From: Gemmatimonadaceae bacterium
GTDB lineage: Bacteria; Gemmatimonadota; Gemmatimonadetes; Gemmatimonadales; Gemmatimonadaceae
DNA length: 59,920 nucleotides
Reading direction: 5' to 3'
Assembly: GCA_036262535.1 (NCBI GenBank)
Contig: DATAIS010000003.1
Coordinates: 1-59,920, forward strand
The notes below the pieces were generated by a model. The model saw nothing but the letters and a program-made list of their open reading frames with translations, had not been told where the DNA came from and searched no databases. The translations under genes were made by a program, and so were the position numbers. Shown here in pieces: positions 1-8,848 of this stretch (within the stretch, counting starts at the first letter, position 1; each line of letters begins with the position of its first letter).

Positions 1-125
1 CGCGGTAGGTCGCTTACGTGTTACGCACCCGTTCGCCGGTGACCCATTGCTGGGCCCCCTCGACTTGCATGTGTTAAGCACGCCGCCAGCGTTCGTCCTG
101 AGCCAGGATCAAACTCTCCAAGAGG
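1..125 (-). rRNA. rrs: 16S ribosomal RNA, 5' end only (gene continues off the left edge)
   Basis: The reverse complement reads TTGGAGAGTTTGATCCTGGCTCAGGACGAACGCTGGCGGCGTGCTTAACACATGCAAGTCGAG...GGTGCGTAACACGTAAG. This is the universal 27F primer region and 5' domain of bacterial 16S rRNA. The mature 5' end is placed by analogy with E. coli, +/-5 nt. Confidence 0.9.
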
Positions 126-323
126 TTTGAAATAGCTCTACTCGAACCGCTGTCTCACGCTGTCGCATAAGACAGCGCGTCCGAATCACTTATTGAATGA
201 TCAGGTCTGAACTCTCCCCTCGGGCCCTGTCAGACTCCGAGGATCAGCGAGTCCGCCTCGCACATCCGTGATCCCAAACTTCGATTGTCAATCAGCTTGA
301 GCCGCTTTCCGCGGCAGCCTTCA

Positions 324-352
324 ATTCTAACCTGGCTCGAAGTCCGAGTCAA
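324..352 (-). promoter_or_regulatory. rRNA operon promoter P2 (sigma-70 type)
   Basis: Minus strand reads TTGACT (352-347), a 17-nt spacer, then TAGAAT (329-324), about 200 nt upstream of the 16S 5' end. Coordinates are anchored on ORF 327..773. Confidence 0.65.
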
Positions 353-432
353 GCAGTGCGGCCCAACTTCGCCGCGTCCTTCCACCCCGCTCAGCTCGCC
401 ACGCTCCTAGCGTGTTTCCGAGCAAGCTTTCA

Positions 433-461
433 ATTCTAGCCGCTCCGGACCCGAAGTTCAA
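433..461 (-). promoter_or_regulatory. rRNA operon promoter P1 (sigma-70 type), tandem with P2
   Basis: Minus strand reads TTGAAC (461-456), a 17-nt spacer, then TAGAAT (438-433), 109 nt upstream of P2. The flanks are similar (CAATTCTA core repeated). Coordinates are anchored on ORF 412..639. Confidence 0.6.
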
Positions 462-619
462 GTGGCTCCGGGACCCGCTTCGTCCGGCGGGGACGACCTG
501 GTACAGGCCATCACCCTCGAGGTTCCCCCTCCGAGGACGCGCTCCGACACGATATCTTCGGGCTGAGCTCGCGTTGGAGGGTCCGTCAAACCGCCGCACG
601 GTGATGGCACTGAGTCGAT

Positions 620-2590
620 ATGCAGAATCGCTGGGCTGACGAGGCCGCCGCACGACATGGCGCCGACCCCCTGTCGATGCGCGTGTATTCATCGCGGCTG
701 CTCGGATCCGAGTCCTCGCTCGTCCTCCACGGTGGCGGAAATACGTCGGTGAAGGCGACCGCGCTCGATCCATTCGGGACGACGCACGACGTGCTGTACG
801 TGAAGGGCAGCGGCTGGGATCTCGCGACGATCGAGCCGCAGGGGTTCGCGCCCGTCCGCCTGGACCTCCTGCGCCGACTCTCCGAGCTGCCGTCGCTCGC
901 CGACTCGGCCCTCGTGCGCGCGCAGCGAAGCGCGCTGCTCGATCCGGGCGCGCCCGACCCGAGCATCGAAGCCGTGCTGCACGCGATGATCCCCTTCGCG
1001 TACGTCGATCACACGCATGCCGACGCGGTCGTGGCGATCACCAACACGCCTAACGGCGAGGAACACGCGCGCGCCGCATTCGGACCGCGAGTGCTCCTCG
1101 TGCCGTACGTGATGCCGGGATTCAAGCTCGCACGGACCGTCGGCGACATGACACGATCGATCGACTGGGAGGGCTGCGACGGACTGATTCTCCTGGGCCA
1201 CGGCATCTTCACCTGGGGATCGAGCGCCAGGGCCAGCTATGACGCCATGATCCGTCTCGTCACCGCGGCCGAGGAATACCTCGATGCGCGTGGTGCGTTT
1301 CGCTCCGTGCGCCGCTCCGAGTGTGGCGCCGGGGATCTCGTCACCCTCGCACGCCTCCGCCGCGAGGTCTCGGAGCTGGCAGGCCGGCCGCTCGTCGCGC
1401 GGCTGAATCAGTCGGCGGAAGCATGCGGCTTCGCCGCACACGAGAAGGTCGACAGCATCGCTGCCCGCGGTCCGGTGACGCCGGACCACATCATTCGCAC
1501 CAAGCGGGTGCCCCTCATTTTCGGCGACGAGCCTGCCGATGCGGCGATGAGCTACCGGGACGCGTACGGCGACTACTTCCGACGCCACGCCGACGGGAGC
1601 CTGACGATGCTCGACCCCGCGCCGCGGTGGGCGGTGTGGCGCGATCGCGGAGTCATCGCGTTCGGACCCACCGTCGCCGACGCGAACGTCGTCCACGACA
1701 TCGCGGAGCACACCGTCGCCGTCATCCAGTGGGCGGAGGTCCTGGGCGGCTGGTGCGCACTCTCCGAGTCCGACCTCTTCGCGGTCGAGTACTGGGAGCT
1801 CGAGCAGGCAAAGCTCAGGAAGCGGGGCTCGGGACGCCCCCTCGACGGTCGTGTGGCGTTCGTGACCGGCGCGGCGAGCGGGATCGGCCGCGCCGTCGCC
1901 CACGAGCTCTCACGGCAGGGCGCCGCCGTGGTCGGCGCAGACATCCGCGGCGTCCCCTCCGATCAGGAAACGCCGACCTGTCGACATTTCGTCTGCGACG
2001 TGACGAAGGCGTCGGACGTAGCCCGTGCGGTGGGCGAGACCGTCCGGCAATTCGGCGGATTGGACATCCTCGTGAGCAACGCGGGTGTGTTCCCCAGGTC
2101 CGCGCGCATCGAGGAGATGGACGAGTCGCTGTGGCAGGACGCGCTGGCCATCAACCTCACCAGCCACCAACGGGTCCTGCAGGCCTGCATCCCGTACCTC
2201 CGTCATGGCGTCGAGCCGTCGGTGGTCGTGATCGGTTCGAAGAACGTGCCGGCACCGGGTCTCGGGCAGGCTGCCTATTCCGCCAGCAAGGCGGGGCTCA
2301 CTCAACTCGCACGGGTCGCGGCGCTCGAGCTGGCCGCCGACGGGATTCGAGTGAACGTGCTTCACCCCAATGCCGTGTTCGACACCGGCGCGTGGACCCC
2401 CGAGGTCCTCGCGGCGCGGGCCGCGGCCTATGGCGTGTCGGTGGAGGAGTACAAGCACAACAATCTCCTCGGGGTCGAAGTCGCCGCGCACGACGTCGCC
2501 CTGGCCGTAGCGGCGCTCGCCGGTCCGAGCTTTCGTCGCACCACCGGCGCGCAGATTCCCATCGACGGCGGTAACGATCGCGTGATCTGA
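620..2590 (+). CDS. Bifunctional class II aldolase/adducin-domain and short-chain dehydrogenase (SDR) fusion protein
   Basis: 656-aa ORF. The N-terminal roughly 400 aa are class-II-aldolase-like (HGGGNTS, DHTHAD metal-ligand region). The C-terminal roughly 250 aa are SDR, with the TGAASGIGRA Rossmann motif and YSASKAG catalytic motif. Confidence 0.85.
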   Translation: MQNRWADEAAARHGADPLSMRVYSSRLLGSESSLVLHGGGNTSVKATALDPFGTTHDVLYVKGSGWDLATIEPQGFAPVRLDLLRRLSELPSLADSALVRAQRSALLDPGAPDPSIEAVLHAMIPFAYVDHTHADAVVAITNTPNGEEHARAAFGPRVLLVPYVMPGFKLARTVGDMTRSIDWEGCDGLILLGHGIFTWGSSARASYDAMIRLVTAAEEYLDARGAFRSVRRSECGAGDLVTLARLRREVSELAGRPLVARLNQSAEACGFAAHEKVDSIAARGPVTPDHIIRTKRVPLIFGDEPADAAMSYRDAYGDYFRRHADGSLTMLDPAPRWAVWRDRGVIAFGPTVADANVVHDIAEHTVAVIQWAEVLGGWCALSESDLFAVEYWELEQAKLRKRGSGRPLDGRVAFVTGAASGIGRAVAHELSRQGAAVVGADIRGVPSDQETPTCRHFVCDVTKASDVARAVGETVRQFGGLDILVSNAGVFPRSARIEEMDESLWQDALAINLTSHQRVLQACIPYLRHGVEPSVVVIGSKNVPAPGLGQAAYSASKAGLTQLARVAALELAADGIRVNVLHPNAVFDTGAWTPEVLAARAAAYGVSVEEYKHNNLLGVEVAAHDVALAVAALAGPSFRRTTGAQIPIDGGNDRVI

Positions 2591-2731
2591 TCCGGCTGGC
2601 CGATGGCTTCCCCTCCACCCGGCGCTTGCGAGGCCGTAACTTGGAGCAGCTGTCCGGCTGGGAGGGTCGTCGCCAGAGCAGCATCTCTTGCCGGGCGTAT
2701 TCAGCGTCCCTGCAGTTCCGTGGTGGTGATA

Positions 2732-3781
2732 ATGTCCGCAACGCAGTTCAGAGAGTCCCTCTCCCAGGCGGCGCCGGCGCCAACCGCGTCCGAGACCGGC
2801 CCGCGCCTTCACCGAGCCGCGTCACTCGAGCATCCGGAACGGAACCCGGGAGTTCCCCTCGACCTCGACGTCGTCCGCGCGATCCGCGTGAACCGGAGCG
2901 CGGTCGAGCGGCGAGCGGCCACGATCCCCACGCGCCGTACGGTCAAGAAGGAGTGGCAGGCGGCGTGGCTGCTGCGGGCGATCACGCTGATGGACCTGAC
3001 GACGCTCTCCGGCGACGACACTCCGGGAACGGTGCGCCGCCTGTGCGCCAAGGCACGACGACCGCTGCGCGACGACCTGGTGCGGTCACTGGGCGTCGAG
3101 GAGCTCGGGATCACCGTCGGCGCCGTCTGTGTCTATCACGCCCTGGTGCCGACGGCGGTCGAGGCGCTCGCAGGTACGCAGATCCCCGTGGCGGCCGTGT
3201 CGACCGGGTTCCCCGCCGGCCTGAGCCCGATCGAGGAGCGCATCGCCGAGATCCACGCGTCGGTGGCCGCGGGAGCGCGCGAGATCGACATCGTCATAAC
3301 GCGCGCGCACGTCCTCACCGGCAACTGGGAGGCGCTCTACGACGAGGTGCGCCGCTTCCGCGAAGCATGCGGCGAAGCCCACATGAAGGCGATTCTCGCC
3401 ACCGGGGAGCTCGCGACGCTCGGCAACGTCGCTCGCGCCAGCACGGTTGCAATGCAGGCCGGCGCAGACTTCATCAAGACGTCGACGGGAAAGGAAGGAG
3501 TGAACGCCACCCTTCCCTTCGCCCTCGTCATGTGCCGGATGATCCGCGAATATCACGAGCGCACCGGATACGCGATCGGGTTCAAGCCGGCGGGCGGCAT
3601 TCGCTCGGCGAAGCAGGCGCTCGAGTTCATGTACGTGATGAAGGAAGAGCTTGGCGACCGCTGGCTCCGCGCCGACTTGTTCCGATTCGGCGCCAGCGCG
3701 CTGCTCACCGATATCGAGCGGCAGCTCGAGCACTTCGTGACCGGCCGGTACGCGGCGGCGTACCGGATGCCGATGCCTTGA
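2732..3781 (+). CDS. deoC: Deoxyribose-phosphate aldolase, long (DERA-like) form
   Basis: ORF 2603..3781 trimmed to Met44 (ATG 2732). It has the Schiff-base lysine context DFIKTSTGK, an LTTLSGDDT motif, and FKPAGGIR near the C-terminus. The start choice is uncertain. Confidence 0.8.
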   Translation: MSATQFRESLSQAAPAPTASETGPRLHRAASLEHPERNPGVPLDLDVVRAIRVNRSAVERRAATIPTRRTVKKEWQAAWLLRAITLMDLTTLSGDDTPGTVRRLCAKARRPLRDDLVRSLGVEELGITVGAVCVYHALVPTAVEALAGTQIPVAAVSTGFPAGLSPIEERIAEIHASVAAGAREIDIVITRAHVLTGNWEALYDEVRRFREACGEAHMKAILATGELATLGNVARASTVAMQAGADFIKTSTGKEGVNATLPFALVMCRMIREYHERTGYAIGFKPAGGIRSAKQALEFMYVMKEELGDRWLRADLFRFGASALLTDIERQLEHFVTGRYAAAYRMPMP

Positions 3782-3788
3782 GGAAGAC

Positions 3789-6227
3789 ATGACCTCCGTT
3801 TCAGAGATCTTCGAGACGATGGAGTATGGTCCCGCTCCCGAGTCGGACGCGGAGGCTCGCCGCTGGCTCGCCTCGCATCACGGTGAGTTCGGGCATTTCA
3901 TCGGCGGCGAGTGGACCGCTCCGAGGGAGACGTTCGAAGTCATCGATCCCTCCACCGGCGGCGCGCTCGCGCGGGTCTCGCAGGGTACGAAGGCGGACGT
4001 CGACGCGGCCGTGGCGGCCGCGAAGCGGGCGTACCCCGCGTGGAGCGGGCTTACCGGCCACGCGCGGGCGCGTCACCTGTACGCGCTCGCGCGCGAGGTG
4101 CAGAAGCACTCGCGCCTCCTGGCCGTCGTCGAGACGATGGACAACGGCAAGTCGGTCCGCGAGACGCGGGACCTCGACATCCCCCTCGTCGCTCGCCACT
4201 TCTACCACCACGCGGGCTGGGCGCAGCTCTTCGAGAGCGAGTTCGCCGGCTATACATCGATCGGCGTGGTCGGCCAGATCATCCCTTGGAACTTCCCGCT
4301 GCTCATGCTGGCGTGGAAGGTCGCGCCGGCGCTCGCGGCAGGGAACACGGTGGTGCTCAAGCCGGCGGAGTTCACGCCGCTCACTGCCCTGCTCTTCGCG
4401 GAGATCGCTGCCGGAGCAGGGATACCAGCGGGTGTGCTCAACATCGTGACCGGCGATGGTGAGACCGGGAAGCTCATCGTCGACCACGACGACGTCGACA
4501 AGATCGCCTTCACCGGATCGACCGAGGTCGGGCGCATCATCCGCCGCGCGACGGCGGGGAGCGGGAAGAAGCTGTCCCTCGAGCTGGGCGGCAAGAGCCC
4601 GTTCATCGTCTACGACGACGCCGATCTCGACAGCGTGGTCGAGGGGGTCGTGGACGCCATCTGGTTCAACCAGGGGCAGGTGTGCTGCGCCGGGTCGCGG
4701 CTGCTCGTGCAGGAAGGAATCGCCGAGCGTCTGGTCGGGAAGCTGCGCGCGCGGATGGAGAAGCTCCGCATCGGCAAGCCGCTCGACAAGGCGATCGACA
4801 TGGGAGCGATCGTCGCGCCGGTGCAGCTCGAGCGGATCAGGGGGCTCGTGCAGCGTGGTGTCGACGAGGGAGCCTCGATGTGGCAGCCGTCGTGGGCCTG
4901 CCCGACCGAGGGATGCTTCTACCCGCCGACGCTGTTCACCGACGTTCAGCCGTCATCGACGATCGCGCAGGTGGAGATCTTCGGCCCCGTGCTCGTGACG
5001 ATGACGTTCCGGACGCCGGAGGAGTCGGTCGCGCTCGCGAACAACACGCCTTACGGTCTCGCGGCGAGCATCTGGACGGAGAGCATCAATCTCGCGCTCG
5101 ACATCGCGCCGAAGATCAAGGCGGGTGTCGTCTGGATCAACTCGACCAACCTGTTCGACGCGTCGAGCGGGTTTGGTGGGTATCGGGAGAGCGGCTTCGG
5201 GCGCGAGGGTGGACGCGAAGGGATGTGGGGGTACGTGAAGCCCGACGAGGCCGGGACGAATCGCGATGACCGCGACAAAGGCACGTCACGCTCGGCAACG
5301 CGCAGGAACGGACGCAAGACTGGTGCGTCGGCCCGCGCCGCACGCGCCGGTGACGGCCGCGGCGAGGCCAGCGCGCTCCCTTCGATCAACCGCACGCCCA
5401 AGCTCTTCATCGGTGGGAAGCAGACCCGCCCCGACCAGGGGTACGTCCGCGCGATTCACTCCCCACACGGTGACGTGCTCGGCGAGGTGGGCGAAGGGAA
5501 TCGCAAGGACGTTCGTAACGCCGTCGAGGCCGCGCACACGGCGTGGAAGAGCTGGGGGAAGGCCACCGGCCATCTGCGTGCCCAGATCCTGTACTACATC
5601 GCCGAAAACCTCGCCGCGCGTGCCGACGAATTCGCGCAGCGCATCGGCGCGCAGACCGGCTGCGGGAGCGATGAGGCCGCGCGCGAGGTAGACATCTCGA
5701 TCTCGCGGCTCTTCACCTACGCCGCCTGGGCCGACAAGTACGACGGTGCCGTTCACAACGTTCCGATCCGAGGGGTCGCGCTGGCGATGAACGAACCGAT
5801 CGGGGTCATCGGCATCGCCTGCCCCGCCGAGCATCCGCTGCTCGGCTTCGTCTCCCTCGTGGCGCCGGCGATCGCGACGGGAAACGCGGTGGTGGCGATC
5901 CCGTCCGAGGCTCACCCTCTGTCAGCGACCGACTTCTACAGCGTGCTCGAGACGTCCGACGTGCCCGCGGGAGTCGTGAACATCGTCACCGGCGCGACTG
6001 ACGCGCTCTCGCGGGTGCTCGCCGAGCACGATGACGTGGAGGCGGTGTGGTATTTCGGCGGTGCCGAGGGGGTGAAGAAGGTGGAGGAGGCTTCGGCGGT
6101 CAACATGAAGCGCACCTGGGCTACGTGGGAGCGCCGGGACTGGCTCGATGCGCGGCACGGCGAAGGTCGCGAGTTCCTGCGCGAGGCGACGCAGGTGAAG
6201 AACATCTGGGTGCCTTACGGCGAGTGA
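3789..6227 (+). CDS. Aldehyde dehydrogenase fused to a second, truncated ALDH-like domain
   Basis: 812-aa ORF. Residues 1 to about 490 form a complete ALDH (ELGGKSP, QGQVCCAGSR catalytic Cys, EIFGPV). An Arg/Gly-rich linker follows. The last roughly 290 aa resemble only the N-terminal NAD-binding half of an ALDH (KLFIGGK..., IPSEAHPLS, NIVTG) and show no catalytic Cys motif. Confidence 0.8.
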   Translation: MTSVSEIFETMEYGPAPESDAEARRWLASHHGEFGHFIGGEWTAPRETFEVIDPSTGGALARVSQGTKADVDAAVAAAKRAYPAWSGLTGHARARHLYALAREVQKHSRLLAVVETMDNGKSVRETRDLDIPLVARHFYHHAGWAQLFESEFAGYTSIGVVGQIIPWNFPLLMLAWKVAPALAAGNTVVLKPAEFTPLTALLFAEIAAGAGIPAGVLNIVTGDGETGKLIVDHDDVDKIAFTGSTEVGRIIRRATAGSGKKLSLELGGKSPFIVYDDADLDSVVEGVVDAIWFNQGQVCCAGSRLLVQEGIAERLVGKLRARMEKLRIGKPLDKAIDMGAIVAPVQLERIRGLVQRGVDEGASMWQPSWACPTEGCFYPPTLFTDVQPSSTIAQVEIFGPVLVTMTFRTPEESVALANNTPYGLAASIWTESINLALDIAPKIKAGVVWINSTNLFDASSGFGGYRESGFGREGGREGMWGYVKPDEAGTNRDDRDKGTSRSATRRNGRKTGASARAARAGDGRGEASALPSINRTPKLFIGGKQTRPDQGYVRAIHSPHGDVLGEVGEGNRKDVRNAVEAAHTAWKSWGKATGHLRAQILYYIAENLAARADEFAQRIGAQTGCGSDEAAREVDISISRLFTYAAWADKYDGAVHNVPIRGVALAMNEPIGVIGIACPAEHPLLGFVSLVAPAIATGNAVVAIPSEAHPLSATDFYSVLETSDVPAGVVNIVTGATDALSRVLAEHDDVEAVWYFGGAEGVKKVEEASAVNMKRTWATWERRDWLDARHGEGREFLREATQVKNIWVPYGE

Positions 6228-6245
6228 CACAGAAGTGAGATAGAA

Positions 6246-6278
6246 GCGAAAAGGCCGCCTGAAAGGCGGCCTTTTCGC
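6246..6278. terminator. Bidirectional stem-loop terminator between the ALDH gene and the tRNA operon
   Basis: GCGAAAAGGCCGCC-TGAA-AGGCGGCCTTTTCGC is a perfect GC-rich hairpin. It has an A-tract on one side and a T-tract on the other, so it can terminate both convergent transcripts. Confidence 0.8.
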
Positions 6279-6297
6279 TTCGTCTTTCTCTTGTCGA

Positions 6298-6370
6298 TGC
6301 GCCGTGTAGGAATCGAACCTACAACCTAGTGATTAAGAGTCACTTGCTCTGCCAATTGAGCTAACGGCGC
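6298..6370 (-). tRNA. tRNA-Lys (anticodon CTT)
   Basis: Reverse complement: GCGCCGT-TA-GCTC-AATTGGC-AGAGC-A-AGTGA-CTCTTAA-TCACT-AGGTT-GTAGG-TTCGATT-CCTAC-ACGGCGC-A. The cloverleaf is complete. No CCA is encoded. Confidence 0.9.
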
Positions 6371-6428
6371 CTACTCGGGCTTCATATGCCGCCGGTTGAG
6401 CTGACGGCGCGTGTTTTTCAGGAGAGGC

Positions 6429-6505
6429 TGGCGCGCCAGGAGGGACTCGAACCCCCGACCCACAGCTTAGAAGGCTGTTGCTCTATCCACCTGAGCTACT
6501 GGCGC
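6429..6505 (-). tRNA. tRNA-Arg (anticodon TCT)
   Basis: Reverse complement: GCGCCAG-TA-GCTC-AGGTGGAT-AGAGC-A-ACAGC-CTTCTAA-GCTGT-GGGTC-GGGGG-TTCGAGT-CCCTC-CTGGCGC-G-CCA. The cloverleaf is complete with an encoded CCA. Confidence 0.9.
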
Positions 6506-6543
6506 TTCACTCGCGGCGGGTTGGCTGAACGCCACCTGCCAGG

Positions 6544-6617
6544 TCGGGGCGCCCGGATTTGAACCGGGGACCTCCTGCTCCCAAAGCAGGCGCGATACCA
6601 GGCTACGCTACGCCCCG
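6544..6617 (-). tRNA. tRNA-Pro (anticodon GGG)
   Basis: The reverse complement starts with CGGGGCG as the 5' acceptor strand. It has the anticodon arm CTGCT-TTGGGAG-CAGGA, the T arm CCCGG-TTCAAAT-CCGGG, the 3' acceptor strand CGCCCCG, and discriminator A. Confidence 0.88.
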
Positions 6618-6628
6618 CTGAGCTCAGA

Positions 6629-6657
6629 ATTCTAACCGGGACCGACAGTTAGGTCAA
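6629..6657 (-). promoter_or_regulatory. Promoter of the tRNA-Pro/Arg/Lys operon
   Basis: Minus strand reads TTGACC (6657-6652, overlapping the last codons of rdgB), a 17-nt spacer that contains the rdgB stop codon, then TAGAAT (6634-6629). The -10 box ends 11 nt upstream of the mature tRNA-Pro 5' end. Confidence 0.65.
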
Positions 6658-7293
6658 CGGCGCGAGGGGGTCCGCGCCCGACGCGAGCGCGTCGATCAGG
6701 GCGCGGAATGCGCGGCCCCGATGGCTGATTCGCTCCTTCTCCGCGATCGACGCCTCGCCGAAGGTTCGCCCCAGCTCGTCCGACAGAAAGTGCGCGTCAT
6801 AGCCGAAGCCGCCGGTACCGGCCGGCTGGTCGACGATCCGCCCCGGCGTCTCGCCGCGCCGCACCAGCTCCCGCGAGCCGTCGACGAACGCGGCCGCGCA
6901 GACGAAGCGCGCGCGGCGGTCACCGGCCCCGCGGAGGGCGGCGACGAGCTTCGCGTTGTTCGCCGCGTCGAGCGCGGAACCGGCAAGATCCTCTCGACCG
7001 CTGTAGCGCTTGCTCCGCACCCCCGGCAGCCCGCCTAACGTGTCGACCTCGAGCCCGGAATCGTCGGCGAGGGCGGGCAGCCCCGTCCGCCCATGGAACC
7101 AGCGCGCCTTCGCGAGGGCATTTTCCTCGAAGGTCGGCCACTGCTCCACCTCGTCTTCAGCGGGATCCACCGCGAGGCCGAGCGATTCGGGGGTGACGAG
7201 CCAGATGGCGAGTGGCGCGAGGAGCGCCTCCAGCTCGCGCTGCTTGCCGCGGTTTCGCGTCGCGACGAGGAGTCGCGGCGGCAGGTCAGCCAC
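6649..7293 (-). CDS. rdgB: Non-canonical purine NTP pyrophosphatase (XTP/dITP diphosphatase, HAM1/RdgB family)
   Basis: 214 aa. N-terminus [17 protein letters not shown]. Also [19 protein letters not shown] and GGFGYD motifs typical of RdgB. Confidence 0.85.
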   Translation of the reverse strand: MADLPPRLLVATRNRGKQRELEALLAPLAIWLVTPESLGLAVDPAEDEVEQWPTFEENALAKARWFHGRTGLPALADDSGLEVDTLGGLPGVRSKRYSGREDLAGSALDAANNAKLVAALRGAGDRRARFVCAAAFVDGSRELVRRGETPGRIVDQPAGTGGFGYDAHFLSDELGRTFGEASIAEKERISHRGRAFRALIDALASGADPLAPLT

Positions 7294-8008
7294 CGCCGAG
7301 GGCAGCGCGCTGCGCGGCGTCGAGCCGCGCGATCCCCGCCGCAGCGAGGTCGAGCAACCGGTCGAGATGCGCGCGGTCGAAGGTGCCTTGCTCCCCCGTT
7401 CCCTGCACCTCGACGAAGCGCTGCTCGCTGCTCATGACGACGTTCATGTCGACGTCCGCGGCCACGTCCTCGACGTACTCGAGGTCGAGCCGCGGCTCAC
7501 CGCCGACGATGCCGACGCTCACCGCGGCGACGCGTCGCTTGACCGGCGAGCGGGAGAGGCGCCCGCTGCGCACCATCCAGTCGAAGGCATCCACCACGGC
7601 GACGCTGGCCCCCGTGATCGCCGCGGTGCGCGTTCCCCCGTCGGCCTGGAGCACGTCGCAGTCGATCTTGAGGGTGAACTCGCCGAAGGAGAAGTCGTCG
7701 AGCATCGCGCGGACGCTGCGGCCGATGAGGCGCTGGATCTCCTGCGTCCGGCCGCCGAGGCGCTCGCGCTCGCGGGGGGTCCGGGTCAGCGTCGCGCGCG
7801 GAAGCATGGAGTACTCCGCGGTGAGCCATCCCTCCCCCTTGCCACGCTTCCAGCCCGGAACTCCGTCCTCGACGCTCACCGTGCAGAGAACGCGCGTCGC
7901 GCCGAACGCGACGAGGCACGAGCCCTCGGCATAAGGCGCCGCGCGGCGCTCGAGCGTGATCGGCCGCAGGCTGTCGGCGGCGCGGCCTCCCGGGCGCGCT
8001 TCAGCCAT
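7286..8008 (-). CDS. rph: Ribonuclease PH
   Basis: 240 aa. [42 protein letters not shown] and [19 protein letters not shown] are hallmark RNase PH segments. It overlaps the rdgB start by 8 nt. Confidence 0.92.
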   Translation of the reverse strand: MAEARPGGRAADSLRPITLERRAAPYAEGSCLVAFGATRVLCTVSVEDGVPGWKRGKGEGWLTAEYSMLPRATLTRTPRERERLGGRTQEIQRLIGRSVRAMLDDFSFGEFTLKIDCDVLQADGGTRTAAITGASVAVVDAFDWMVRSGRLSRSPVKRRVAAVSVGIVGGEPRLDLEYVEDVAADVDMNVVMSSEQRFVEVQGTGEQGTFDRAHLDRLLDLAAAGIARLDAAQRAALGGG

Positions 8009-8492
8009 CGCCGCGCACCCCGCGCAGTCGCTCGATTATTCCCGTCGTGGACTGCCCCGGTGTGAGTGGAACGATCACGCACTGCCCACCCCACGATCGG
8101 ACATCGGCGGCGCCGACGACGGTGTCGGGTGAATAGTCGCCTCCCTTCACGATCACGTCGGGACGCAGGTAGCGCACGAGCTCCAGCGGTGTGTCCTCCT
8201 CGAAGACGGTCACAACGTCCACGGTCTCCAACGCAGCGAGCACGTAGGCGCGCTCGGCTTCCGATCGGACCGGGCGCTCGGGCCCCTTGAGCCTCCGGAC
8301 TGAAGCGTCGCTGTTGAGGCCGACCACGAGCGCGTCGCCGGTCGCGCGCGCTCCGCGGAGCACATCGACGTGGCCAGGGTGCAGGAGGTCGAAGACGCCG
8401 TTGGTGAAGGCGACGCGTCCGGCTCGCCCTTCACGCCAGCGCGCCGCCGCTTTCCAGCTCATGATCTTGCGCGCCGGGTCGAAGTCGCTCAA
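8001..8492 (-). CDS. D-glycero-beta-D-manno-heptose 1-phosphate adenylyltransferase (RfaE/HldE domain II type cytidylyltransferase-fold protein)
   Basis: 163 aa. [17 protein letters not shown] (HxGH), [23 protein letters not shown] and KGGDY closely follow the E. coli HldE C-terminal domain as I recall it. Confidence 0.75.
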   Translation of the reverse strand: MSDFDPARKIMSWKAAARWREGRAGRVAFTNGVFDLLHPGHVDVLRGARATGDALVVGLNSDASVRRLKGPERPVRSEAERAYVLAALETVDVVTVFEEDTPLELVRYLRPDVIVKGGDYSPDTVVGAADVRSWGGQCVIVPLTPGQSTTGIIERLRGVRGDG

Positions 8493-8848
8493 AAACGCGC
8501 CTCGGCCCGCGGCTGGAAATGAATCTCGCGCACGAAGAGCGGGAGCTCGACTCGCTCGTAGTAGTCGGCGACGAGCACGACCGAGGCGTCGCGGCGACGG
8601 ATCTGTACCTGGTGCGCTCCATCGGGGAGGCCGAGCGAGTCGGCAGCCGATCTGAGTCGGGCGCGGATCGAGTCGTCAGGGAGGCGGTTCGCGAAGCGCG
8701 CTGTCTGCGCCATCGAGTCCTGGAAGCGGTAATAGCGGAGGTAGACCTCACCGACGTTGACGGCGAAGTAGCCGGCGGCGACGACGATGAGAAGGATGAC
8801 GAGGCAGCCGAGAGTGCTACGACCCGAGCGGCCGCCAGCGGTCACCAT
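8489..8848 (-). CDS. Hypothetical membrane-anchored protein
   Basis: 119-aa ORF with one N-terminal TM helix ([18 protein letters not shown]). It is translationally coupled (4-nt overlap) to the upstream gene. No family recognised. Confidence 0.5.
   Translation of the reverse strand: MVTAGGRSGRSTLGCLVILLIVVAAGYFAVNVGEVYLRYYRFQDSMAQTARFANRLPDDSIRARLRSAADSLGLPDGAHQVQIRRRDASVVLVADYYERVELPLFVREIHFQPRAEARF

Noticed and set aside
190-203. boxA-like antitermination element (minus strand TGATCATTCAATAA) in the 16S leader. Leader hairpins such as CGCTGTC-N6-GACAGCG (about 157-176) were also noted.
   Set aside because: The match to the boxA consensus is only partial, and I cannot evaluate conservation without comparison to other rRNA operons.
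327-966. Several 66-148 aa ORFs between the 16S gene and the aldolase gene.
   Set aside because: They fall in the rRNA promoter/leader region or overlap the 5' end of the aldolase gene in other frames. Their composition is Arg/Pro/Ser-rich and there is no supporting motif.
6648-6655. AGTTAGGT at the rdgB stop. Other near-matches to the 8-mer are GCCTTACGG near 5047 and 6213, and CGTAAGGC near 50047.
   Set aside because: These are not exact copies of CGTTAGGC/GCCTAACG. They were excluded from the count to keep the observation conservative.
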